From assembly GCA_965215365.1 (NCBI GenBank), contig CBDCDS010000003.1:224001-288000 (forward strand): a DNA stretch of 64,000 nt, in the 5' to 3' direction. The first letter of the stretch is position 1. The number at the start of each line of letters is the position of its first letter. This stretch comes from Gammaproteobacteria bacterium (GTDB lineage Bacteria > Pseudomonadota > Gammaproteobacteria > Eutrophobiales > Eutrophobiaceae). Below the pieces are notes generated by a model. The model was not told the origin of the DNA, searched no databases, and saw nothing but the letters and a program-made list of their open reading frames with translations. The position numbers and the translations under genes were made by a program. Below are positions 32,168-41,382 of the stretch, one piece after another.

Positions 32168-35090
32168 AGGGGTTCTCTGTGGTAAAAAATTCGGTGATGC
32201 GTTCACGCAACCGGTTGATAGTCCGGTTCATCCTGCCTCGGCCCTTGACTTCCTCCAGGTACAGAAAATCAAACCGGTCATAGCCGAATTGCCGGTTGTT
32301 TTGTTCCAGGAAGCGGGTTTCCACGAAGGTTTTGCGCGCCTGAAATGCCCGATCATCCGCATAACCTCTGCCTTTGGTTTCTATCATCAGCGCCTTGCGT
32401 ATAGTTTTTCTGGTTTTGTCCCGTTGTATGATCAGAAAGTCTGTGGTGTAGCGGCCGATGTTCTGCCAGGCATTTCCTTTTTGCTGAAAACACTGGACCA
32501 CAAAGCCGGTCAGGCCGCGCTCGCCATTGTAATAAATCTCCAACCGGGAATCCTGGAATCTGTCCCAGGATAGTACTTTTTGCAGCAGTTCCAGTTCAAA
32601 GCCGCTGTGGATGAAATTGTATGGCAGGTAGTGAAAGCTCTTGTCACGTTGTTCAACTGCAACGGAATGCTTCTCATCCAGTTGTTGTTCCAGTTGACTG
32701 GTGTCCAGGTTCAGGCGTTTGAGGTTCTCAATAGCCCGTTGAATTTCAACTGTATCCTGCTCGGTGCGCGCGGTCGGCGGGTTCTTGTCGAAGCGTAAAA
32801 TTTTTTGCGTATCATCTTCATCCGGGTACAGCTTGTCGTTGACGGTCACCGGTATCAGTTTATCCACCAGTAACAGTTGTGCGTGCTCCGGGATAACCTC
32901 CTCATGGGTTTCCAGCTCGCGCTTGGGGCTGAAGGCCAGGCGTACCCGGCTTTCGATTGCGGCCCGGTCATATTGTTGATTCCAATACTGAATGCCTTGT
33001 TCGGTCAGAGTCATCGCATAAAAAATGTCGCGTAAACGCCCCCGATGTTCCCTGAACTCGGCGCTGCCGGTCTTGTGAAAACCCGTTTTGGCAAGGTGGT
33101 GCAGCCACTCGTTAAAGCCGACGGGCTGTTCGGCGCGGGCGTCGCTGATGCGCAACCGGCCGCCTTCCAGATCCGCAAAATCTGTGGTGGTGACGGCGGC
33201 GACGTGATGGTAGTCCTCCAGCGAGTCATGCAGCGCCTGCAATTTTTGCGCGGTTTGCGGGGCGTGGTCGTGGACGACGGTGCGGTAGCTTACCTTGAGT
33301 TGAAAAAAATCCAGAGCCGGCAGTTGCAGTTGCTCCACCCGCGCCTGACGTTCTGCTGGCGGTGTGATGTCAGCGCCGGCGGCCTGATTGAGTTCCTGTA
33401 TGGAGGTCTGTTGCTGCTGCCGTAACTGCTGATTCAGGATTTTTGCGTTGCCCTCGTTCAGCCAGATCACCGCTTCTTCTTTTTGTGCAGCCTGCGCGTC
33501 CACCTGACGCAAACAGCGGCAACTGGTTTGCAACACCATGTTGCGCCGACAATCGCCTTGTTGCGACAAGATGATACCGGTGAGGCTGCGGCAGTCCCAG
33601 CCTTCCTTGCCGACCTGGACCAGCAGGATGTAACGCCGCGCGGACGCATGCGGTGCCGCTAAGTCCAGCGAGCGGAACTCCAGCTCCGACCCAGGCGGTT
33701 GCGGGTGCTGCTTGTTGCCGCGGTGAAACTTCAGGATCTCCTGCTCCGGGATACGCAACTCCCCCACCAGAAACGGATAGACCTCGTTTTCCAGTGACGC
33801 GATGTCGCCGCAGTAGATGGCCAGCTTGGCGATAGTCCCATCGGCATAGCGTTGGGCGCCGAATTGCTGCTGAAAATCGGTAACGCCGGCGCGGATGATG
33901 TCCAGCCGGTTGTGCATGTCCTGGGCGATGTTGACCTGCGGCTTTTTCAGGAAGCTGTTAATCGCGCTGAGCAGCGGGTAATAGTAAACCGTGTTGGCAA
34001 TGCGGGAAAATTTAATGTTGACCGAGTCCGTCACTGCAACCCGGTCCGGGCTGCTCAGAAACGGCGTGCCGGAAAAGCCAAGCACCGTGGTGATATTGCC
34101 GCCCTGCTGCCAGTTATTGACCACCTGCCGCAGCTTAATATCGTCGGTGGCGGCATGGTGCACCTCGTCGATCAGCAGCGACAGGTTGGGTATTTTACCC
34201 AGCAGGTTGCGCAACTCGTTGGCAGCGCGATCGCGCTCATCGGCGTTTTTTGCTATCAGCTCCCGGTTGCGTTGCCCGTTGACGTCCAGTCGGTCAAGGA
34301 TGACCTTCTCGGCATTGACTACGAATACGGTCCCGTAAGGGCGCGGGAAACAGCTGTTGACTTTGTGCGCATTGGGGTTCCTGACCCGGTTGCTGCTCCT
34401 GGTCGACTTCTGCTCGTCGAGTATCTCAAATGACAGCTGGCGTTTGATTTGCGCGGCGGCCGGCTGCGGAATGACCCATTCGGGGTTGAAATTCTCTATG
34501 GTTTTCAGGCTGGGCGCGATGGAGGATTTCAGACCGGACGGGATCAGCACCAGGAAATTGTGCGCAAACACGGGATTGTCCGGTTCGTTTTCCGCAAAAT
34601 ACAGGTCCAGGTACATGAGCGCCGCCATGAGGAAGGTCTTGCCGGCACCCATGGGCAGGCTCATCAGGTAGTCCGCGTAATTCACCCCATAGAACATGTC
34701 CTTGATAATGCGCGGGTAATCCAGCGCCGCCGGGTCGTCCTGGATCAGTCGTTCCAGTTCCGGCAATACCGGCGCCGCGTGGGGTTGCTGACCGAGCGCA
34801 AACCCGCACAAGGCCAACGCCGCCGGATGCCGGCGCAGATACTTGCGGGTGTCCTGGCTGACCTTGAGTTGATTCAGGTCGATGTCATCGGTAAAGAAGT
34901 TCTCCGCAAACAGTTGCCAAAGCGGTTTGTTTTCACCTTCGATTTTCAGGTACAGGTAAGTCTCAAGCGCTTCCACCTGCGGTTGACGCAGGTATCTTTG
35001 TGTTCTGATATAAGATAAAAGATTAGAGGCGGGGCAGTTACCGGACCTGAGCCAGTTATTTTTCTTCCTTGCAATTAACTCATTCAGCAT
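32157..35090 (-). CDS. Type III-like restriction subunit (SF2 helicase + PD-(D/E)xK nuclease)
   Basis: PMGAGKT, IDEVHH, SGT, KEGWD, C-terminal TDFLI..IETKG. Confidence 0.85.
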   Translation of the reverse strand: MLNELIARKKNNWLRSGNCPASNLLSYIRTQRYLRQPQVEALETYLYLKIEGENKPLWQLFAENFFTDDIDLNQLKVSQDTRKYLRRHPAALALCGFALGQQPHAAPVLPELERLIQDDPAALDYPRIIKDMFYGVNYADYLMSLPMGAGKTFLMAALMYLDLYFAENEPDNPVFAHNFLVLIPSGLKSSIAPSLKTIENFNPEWVIPQPAAAQIKRQLSFEILDEQKSTRSSNRVRNPNAHKVNSCFPRPYGTVFVVNAEKVILDRLDVNGQRNRELIAKNADERDRAANELRNLLGKIPNLSLLIDEVHHAATDDIKLRQVVNNWQQGGNITTVLGFSGTPFLSSPDRVAVTDSVNIKFSRIANTVYYYPLLSAINSFLKKPQVNIAQDMHNRLDIIRAGVTDFQQQFGAQRYADGTIAKLAIYCGDIASLENEVYPFLVGELRIPEQEILKFHRGNKQHPQPPGSELEFRSLDLAAPHASARRYILLVQVGKEGWDCRSLTGIILSQQGDCRRNMVLQTSCRCLRQVDAQAAQKEEAVIWLNEGNAKILNQQLRQQQQTSIQELNQAAGADITPPAERQARVEQLQLPALDFFQLKVSYRTVVHDHAPQTAQKLQALHDSLEDYHHVAAVTTTDFADLEGGRLRISDARAEQPVGFNEWLHHLAKTGFHKTGSAEFREHRGRLRDIFYAMTLTEQGIQYWNQQYDRAAIESRVRLAFSPKRELETHEEVIPEHAQLLLVDKLIPVTVNDKLYPDEDDTQKILRFDKNPPTARTEQDTVEIQRAIENLKRLNLDTSQLEQQLDEKHSVAVEQRDKSFHYLPYNFIHSGFELELLQKVLSWDRFQDSRLEIYYNGERGLTGFVVQCFQQKGNAWQNIGRYTTDFLIIQRDKTRKTIRKALMIETKGRGYADDRAFQARKTFVETRFLEQNNRQFGYDRFDFLYLEEVKGRGRMNRTINRLRERITEFFTTENPYAG

Positions 35091-35142
35091 GATGTCAAGT
35101 CCGGTTTCGGGGGTGGATGTGTGCTATTATATACCCCCTTAA

Positions 35143-35517
<375 letters not shown>

Positions 35518-35523
35518 CGGGTC

Positions 35524-36576
35524 ATGCGTGCGACCGACGACTTACGTATCACCGCCATCAAGGCCGTGACCCCGCCCACGGAGGTCTGTGAAGAGCTCCC
35601 CATCAGCGCAGCCGCGGCCGAGACCACCTGGCAGGCGCGGCAGGCGATCATCAACCTGCTCAACGGCACCGACCCGCGCCTGCTGGTAGTGGCCGGCCCC
35701 TGTTCCATCCACGATGTGGACGCAGCCAGAGAATATGCCGCGCGGCTGCAAACACTGATTGAAAAACACCGCGCCGAGCTGCTGATCGTGATGCGCGTCT
35801 ATTTTGAGAAACCCCGCACTACCGTAGGCTGGAAGGGGTTGATCAACGACCCCGATTTAGATAACAGTTTCCACATCAACAAGGGTGTGCGTCTGGCCCG
35901 TTCCCTGCTGCTGGACCTGAACGAGCAGGGGGTACCCGCCGGCACCGAGTTTCTGGACATTATCACGCCCCAGTACGTTACCGATCTGGTCAGCTGGGGC
36001 GCCATCGGTGCGCGCACCACGGAAAGTCAGGTGCACCGGGAACTGGCCTCGGGGCTGTCCTGCCCGGTCGGGTTCAAGAACGGCACCAACGGTTCTGTGA
36101 AGATCGCCGTGGATGCCATTCGTGCAGCCGCGGTTCCCCACCACTTCCTGTCTATGCGCAAGGAGGGTAATTCGGCGATTTACACCACCACCGGCAATAC
36201 CGCCTGTCACCTGATCCTGCGCGGCGGCAAACAGCCCAATTTCGACTGCGCCAGCATTGACGCGGCCGCCGCTAAGCTCACCGCGGCCGAGCTCCCGGCC
36301 CGCATCATGGTGGACTTCAGCCATGCCAACAGCCGCAAAGAACACAAAAACCAACTGCTGGTCGGCGCTGATATAGGCCGGCAACTGCGTGACGGCGAGC
36401 GCCGGATCTTCGGCGTGATGATAGAGAGCCACTTGCAGGAAGGCCGCCAAGATGTAACGCCCGGGCAGGCACCGGAGTACGGCCGCAGCATCACCGACGC
36501 CTGCCTGGGCTGGGACGATACCGAGGCGCTGCTCGAGGAGCTGGCGGCGGCGGCCAAAGCCCGTCGCTTACTGTAG
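35524..36576 (+). CDS. DAHP synthase class I-alpha, paralogue 1
   Basis: GPCSIHD, RVYFEKPRT, GARTTESQ, GFKNGT, DFSHANS. Confidence 0.95.
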   Translation: MRATDDLRITAIKAVTPPTEVCEELPISAAAAETTWQARQAIINLLNGTDPRLLVVAGPCSIHDVDAAREYAARLQTLIEKHRAELLIVMRVYFEKPRTTVGWKGLINDPDLDNSFHINKGVRLARSLLLDLNEQGVPAGTEFLDIITPQYVTDLVSWGAIGARTTESQVHRELASGLSCPVGFKNGTNGSVKIAVDAIRAAAVPHHFLSMRKEGNSAIYTTTGNTACHLILRGGKQPNFDCASIDAAAAKLTAAELPARIMVDFSHANSRKEHKNQLLVGADIGRQLRDGERRIFGVMIESHLQEGRQDVTPGQAPEYGRSITDACLGWDDTEALLEELAAAAKARRLL

Positions 36577-36590
36577 CAAGGTATGAAAAA

Positions 36591-38162
36591 ATGATTAACA
36601 GACGCGCATTTCTCCAATTCATGGGTAGAACCGCAGTGGTGACGGCCGGCGCCCGTCCGGCCTTGTCGCTGGCTACCAGCCCGCCCCCGTTCCTGCCTGT
36701 TGCGCCCACTATGGACGATGAGGTCATCCTGGCCGACGGTCTGGGCTATGATATTCTGGTTTCCTGGGGCGACCCGCTCAACAGCAGCGGTGAGCGTTTC
36801 GGGTTCAATAACGACTATACCGCCTTCTTCCCGCTGGCCGGCAATCCCGGCGACGGTCTGTTATGGGTAAACCACGAAGAAGTGCTGTCCGGCTATTTTG
36901 CTTCACCGCGCGAGCCGGCGCAGAAAACGCGCGCGGATATTGACCGGGAAGTCCTGGAAGTGGGCGGCAGCATCGTCAGGATCAATCACAAAGACGGCCG
37001 TTGGCGCCTGCTCCAGGATGATCGCTACAACCGTCGCCTTGACGCCACCACAACCATTCCGTTCATCAGCGCCGCGCCCGTGGCCGGGGCTGATGCCGCT
37101 GTCGGCACCCTGGGCAACTGCGCCGGTGGCGTGACCCCCTGGCAGACGTTACTGACCTGTGAAGAGAACTTCCACCTGTTTTACGGTGACGTCAGCTTCG
37201 ACAGCGGCCGGCGCGTGCATAAAAAGGACAGTGTTATCGGCTGGGAACGTTATTTTGAACGCCCGCCGGAGCATTACGGCTGGGTCGTGGAGGTCGATCC
37301 GTTCACCGGCGCGGCGCACAAACTTACCGCCCTGGGGCGCTTCGCCCACGAAGGGGCGACCGTCACCCGGGCGCGGGACGGCCGCGCGGTCGTCTATATG
37401 GGAGACGACAAAACCGATGAGCACATCTACAAGTTCATCGGCGCCGAACCTGATTCTTTGAGTAACGGCGTGCTGTACGTGGCGGACACCCGTAGCGGAC
37501 ACTGGCTACCCCTGGCCCTGGACCAGGATGAACGGCTGCAAGCCGCGTTCAAGACCCAGACGGAACTGCTGATCCGCACCCGGGAAGCGGCGAAACTGGT
37601 TGGCGCCACCCCCCAGGACCGCCCCGAAGACATAGAGCTGGACCCGCTCACGGGCGCTGTGCTGATCGCCCTGACCAAGCACCCGCAGCGGCCCTATGGT
37701 TCCATCCTGAAACTGGAGGAACAGAATAATGACCCGGGCGCGACAACCTTCCGGGCCAGCACTTTTCTGGCCGGCGGCCCACGTAACGGTTTTGCCTGCC
37801 CGGACAACCTGGTGTTCGACCCGCGCGGCAACCTCTGGTTCTGCACCGATGTCTCCTCCCGTGAGCTCTACCAACCACCCTATGAGCCGTTCAAGAACAA
37901 TGGTCTGTTCTATGTGCCCATGTCCGGTACCGGCGCCGGCTTCCCCTGGCAGGTGGCCTCGGCCCCGCCCGGCGCGGAGTTCACCGGTCCCACGTTCAGT
38001 CCGGACGGGCGTACCTTGTTCCTGTCGGTGCAGCACCCCGGGGAAAACTCGCCATCCGCGCACACACTGAGCAGCCATTGGCCGGACGGCGGCGCAGCCC
38101 TGCCCCGGCCCAGCGTGATCGGTATCAGCGGCCCGTTGCTGGATGAGTTGACGGCAGTGTGA
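36591..38162 (+). CDS. PhoX-family (DUF839) alkaline phosphatase, Tat-exported
   Basis: RRAFL signal, NHE, GNCAGGVTPW..TCEEN, GRFAHE, DRPED, PDN, AEFTGP, QHPGE. Confidence 0.9.
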   Translation: MINRRAFLQFMGRTAVVTAGARPALSLATSPPPFLPVAPTMDDEVILADGLGYDILVSWGDPLNSSGERFGFNNDYTAFFPLAGNPGDGLLWVNHEEVLSGYFASPREPAQKTRADIDREVLEVGGSIVRINHKDGRWRLLQDDRYNRRLDATTTIPFISAAPVAGADAAVGTLGNCAGGVTPWQTLLTCEENFHLFYGDVSFDSGRRVHKKDSVIGWERYFERPPEHYGWVVEVDPFTGAAHKLTALGRFAHEGATVTRARDGRAVVYMGDDKTDEHIYKFIGAEPDSLSNGVLYVADTRSGHWLPLALDQDERLQAAFKTQTELLIRTREAAKLVGATPQDRPEDIELDPLTGAVLIALTKHPQRPYGSILKLEEQNNDPGATTFRASTFLAGGPRNGFACPDNLVFDPRGNLWFCTDVSSRELYQPPYEPFKNNGLFYVPMSGTGAGFPWQVASAPPGAEFTGPTFSPDGRTLFLSVQHPGENSPSAHTLSSHWPDGGAALPRPSVIGISGPLLDELTAV

Positions 38163-38234
38163 CAAGCGGGGGTCTGTAGCAATGAGAGGGCGTAGAATTT
38201 TATTCTGAGCCCGAATCGTTGTTATGCTCATGCC

Positions 38235-38567
38235 ATGCCCGTCATCAACAAGCCAAAGAAATTTCCCCTGCTGATAACGCTGCTGCTGGCACTGGTCGCG
38301 GCGAACGCGGCAGGGGCGGAGCAAGACCCCGAACACGCCTATTACCGCCTGATCATTGCCACCTGTTATACCTGCCACAGCAGCGAAAACGACGGGCCCG
38401 ACGCCATCCCCGGCCTGCATGGACAGTCGGCCACCGAGCTCAGGGACAAGTTGCTGGCATATAAAAACGACCGTGAGCAGGGCACCATGATGAACCGCGT
38501 CAGCAAAGCACTGACGGATACCGAGATTGACCGCATCAGCGCCATCTTGGGCCGCCCACAACAATGA
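38235..38567 (+). CDS. fccA: monoheme cytochrome c, sulfide dehydrogenase cytochrome subunit
   Basis: Signal peptide, CYTCH, IPGLHG, distal MM; precedes fccB. Confidence 0.8.
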   Translation: MPVINKPKKFPLLITLLLALVAANAAGAEQDPEHAYYRLIIATCYTCHSSENDGPDAIPGLHGQSATELRDKLLAYKNDREQGTMMNRVSKALTDTEIDRISAILGRPQQ

Positions 38568-38595
38568 TACGCCACATTCACAAGACGAGGCTGAC

Positions 38596-39891
38596 ATGGC
38601 GCTGACGCGCCGCAACTTTGTGACCGGCGCCACGCTGGCGGGCGCCGCCGCCCTGGGCGGCGGTCTGCTGCCGGCCTGCTCGCGACCGCCCGGTGCCGGC
38701 GCGCCGCGGGTGGTGGTCGTCGGCGGGGGGTACGGCGGCGCCACCTGCGCCAAGTATCTGCGCCAGCTTGACCCGGCTGTCCACGTTACCCTGGTGGTAG
38801 CCCAGGCGCGCTATTACACCTGTCCGTTCAGTAATCCGGTACTGGCCGGCCTGCGCGACCTAGAGACTACCGCCCGAGGCTATGATGAGCTAAAAAATCG
38901 CTACGGCGTTCATGTGCTCCGGGCCACCGCCAGTGCCATCGACCCGGACCAACACACCGTCACCCTTGCCGACGGGACGGTGCTGCGCTACCAGCGGCTG
39001 GTACTCTCCCCCGGTATCAGCTTGCGCTGGAACCACATCATCTCCGGCTACGATGAAGCAGCCAGCCGGGTCATGCCCCATGCCTGGCACGGCGGCGAAC
39101 AGTTACTGCTGTTACAGCAGCAGTTGCGCGCCATGCGGCGCGGCGGCGTGTTTGCCATTGTAGTTCCCGGCGCCCCGTTCCGCTGTCCGCCCGGCCCTTA
39201 TGAACGCGCCAGCCTGGTGGCGCATTATCTCAAGCACGCCAACCCGCGCGCCAAGGTGTTGTTGCTGGATGCCAACGAACACTTCTCCAAGCAGGATCTG
39301 TTTGAAGAGGCCTGGGATGCGCGGTATCCGGGCCTGATCGAGCATGTCCCGATCTCGGCCGGCGGGCTGGTGCGCGCGGTGGCTCCAAAGCGCATGACTC
39401 TGCAGGCCGAGGCCGGAGAATTCAAGGTGGATGTGGCCAACGTCATCCCGTTCCAGCAGGCGGGCGGTCTGGCCGTCGAGCACGGTCTGGCCGACGAGCG
39501 CGGCTGGTGCCCGGTGGACCACCAGACTTTTGCGTCCACACTGGTCCCGGACATTCACGTGCTGGGGGACAGTTGCCTGGCCGGCAGTATGCCGAAGTCG
39601 GCCTCCTCCGCCAACAGTCAGGCCAAAGTATGCAGCCTGGCAATCGTGTCGCTGTTGCGCGATCGGGAACCCGGTGCCATGTTGTATCATAATACCTGCT
39701 ACAGTCTGGTGGCGCCGGACTACGGTTTTTCCATCAACGCCATGTACCGTTATGAAGACAACCGGATAAAACTGGTGCAGCGCGCCGGCGGGCTGAGTCC
39801 GCTGCAAGCTACGCCGGAGTATCGGGCGCGGGAAGCAAATTACGCCCGCAGCTGGTACGACAGCATCAACCGGGACAGCTTTGGGGTATAA
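38596..39891 (+). CDS. fccB: flavocytochrome c sulfide dehydrogenase flavoprotein subunit
   Basis: TRRNF Tat signal, GGGYGG, TCPFSN, RCPPGPYERAS, MPKS, NTCYS. Confidence 0.9.
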   Translation: MALTRRNFVTGATLAGAAALGGGLLPACSRPPGAGAPRVVVVGGGYGGATCAKYLRQLDPAVHVTLVVAQARYYTCPFSNPVLAGLRDLETTARGYDELKNRYGVHVLRATASAIDPDQHTVTLADGTVLRYQRLVLSPGISLRWNHIISGYDEAASRVMPHAWHGGEQLLLLQQQLRAMRRGGVFAIVVPGAPFRCPPGPYERASLVAHYLKHANPRAKVLLLDANEHFSKQDLFEEAWDARYPGLIEHVPISAGGLVRAVAPKRMTLQAEAGEFKVDVANVIPFQQAGGLAVEHGLADERGWCPVDHQTFASTLVPDIHVLGDSCLAGSMPKSASSANSQAKVCSLAIVSLLRDREPGAMLYHNTCYSLVAPDYGFSINAMYRYEDNRIKLVQRAGGLSPLQATPEYRAREANYARSWYDSINRDSFGV

Positions 39892-39919
39892 TCCGGCGCC
39901 TGATGACAATGACCTTGAC

Positions 39920-41032
39920 ATGTTTCAACTCACAGACGATTTACGCATAGCCGAACTGCGCCCGCTGGTGGCGCCGGCCATCCTCATGGAGGAGTTACCG
40001 CTCAGCGAACAGGTATCCAATCTGGTAGCCAAAACCCGGGGGGCGGCGAGTCATATCATCCGCGGGGATGATGAGCGGCTGCTGGTGATTGTCGGCCCCT
40101 GCTCCATACACGACCCGGAGGCGGCACTGGAGTATGCCACGCGGTTGGCTGTCGCCGCCGCGCGTTGGCAGGACGACCTGCTGATTATCATGCGCGTCTA
40201 TTTTGAAAAACCGCGCACCCGGGTAGGCTGGAAAGGCCTGATTAACGACCCCAACCTAGATAACAGTTTCAGCATCAACACCGGCCTGCGTAGCGCTCGC
40301 AAGTTGCTGCTTGACTTGGGCCATATCGGCATCCCTGCGGGTTCGGAGTTCCTCGATACGATCACGCCGCAATTTATTGCCGATCTGGTGTCTTGGGGCG
40401 CCATCGGCGCGCGCACCACGGAAAGCCAGGTGCACCGCGAGCTGGCCTCTGGCCTGTCCATGCCGGTGGGCTTCAAGAACGGCACCGACGGCAACATACA
40501 GATCGCCATTGACGCCATCGCCGCCGCGCAAAGCCCGCACCATTTCCTGTCGGTAACGAAACAAGGCATTTCCGCCATCGTTTCGACCCGGGGCAACGAT
40601 TGTTGCCACCTGATATTGCGCGGCGCCTCCCATGGTCCCAACTATGCGGCTGCGGACCTTGCAGCTGCCGCCAAAAAGTTGCACGACGCTAACGTCACCG
40701 CGCGGGTGATGGTGGATTGCAGCCACGGCAACAGCAACAAGGACCACGAGCGCCAACTGCTAGTCGCAGAAGACCTCTGCCGGCAGCTGGCGCAGGGTTC
40801 AAGACATATTTGCGGCGTGATGATCGAGAGCAATCTGAACGCCGGCAAGCAGGCTCTCAAGGATGCGGCGACGCTGGAGTACGGCGTGAGCATCACCGAT
40901 GCCTGCATATCCTGGGAAATGACCGAACCGTTATTGGAATCTCTGGCCGATGCGGTGCGGCAGCGGCGGGTTAACCACACACTACCGGTAATGATGATGG
41001 ACGTTTACCGGCACCGCCGAGCCCATGTCTGA
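39920..41032 (+). CDS. DAHP synthase class I-alpha, paralogue 2
   Basis: TDDLRI, GPCSIHD, RVYFEKPRT, GARTTESQ, DCSHGNS. Confidence 0.95.
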   Translation: MFQLTDDLRIAELRPLVAPAILMEELPLSEQVSNLVAKTRGAASHIIRGDDERLLVIVGPCSIHDPEAALEYATRLAVAAARWQDDLLIIMRVYFEKPRTRVGWKGLINDPNLDNSFSINTGLRSARKLLLDLGHIGIPAGSEFLDTITPQFIADLVSWGAIGARTTESQVHRELASGLSMPVGFKNGTDGNIQIAIDAIAAAQSPHHFLSVTKQGISAIVSTRGNDCCHLILRGASHGPNYAAADLAAAAKKLHDANVTARVMVDCSHGNSNKDHERQLLVAEDLCRQLAQGSRHICGVMIESNLNAGKQALKDAATLEYGVSITDACISWEMTEPLLESLADAVRQRRVNHTLPVMMMDVYRHRRAHV

Positions 41033-41285
41033 GCCCAACACCGGTTACGACCACTACCTAGACGCCAAGGGTCTGAACTGTCCGTTGCCGGTGCTCAAGA
41101 CCAAGCTGGCCCTGAACCGGATGCAACCCGGCCAAATCCTGTTCGTGGAAGCAACCGACCCCCATTCGGTCATTGATTTTGAAGCCTACTGCGCCCGCAC
41201 CGGCCATAACATCCTGCGCATAGACGAGGGTGAAGAGGTCATCGGTTTTACCATCAGCCGGGCCGAAAATCCGCGCAAAATCTGA
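41025..41285 (+). CDS. TusA-family sulfur carrier
   Basis: LDAKGLNCPLPVLK (CPxP), ATDP. Confidence 0.92.
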   Translation: MSEPNTGYDHYLDAKGLNCPLPVLKTKLALNRMQPGQILFVEATDPHSVIDFEAYCARTGHNILRIDEGEEVIGFTISRAENPRKI

Positions 41286-41288
41286 CGA

Positions 41289-41304
41289 GGGGGCGAGTAG
41301 TTAC
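41289..41304 (+). mobile_element. solo IS66 terminal inverted repeat
   Basis: GGGGGCGAGTAGTTAC identical to 1235-1250. Confidence 0.75.
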
Positions 41305-41321
41305 GAACCTAGACACCAAAC

Positions 41322-41350
41322 TTGCGGGTGCGTCGGCGATCTGCTAGACT
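41322..41350 (+). promoter_or_regulatory. putative sigma70 promoter of the ATPase (repeated at +2267 and +4534)
   Basis: TTGCGG-17-TAGACT with extended TG; AAGGAG RBS downstream. Confidence 0.55.
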
Positions 41351-41382
41351 TGCCACTCTTGTGTAACCTGTCAAGGAGCACT

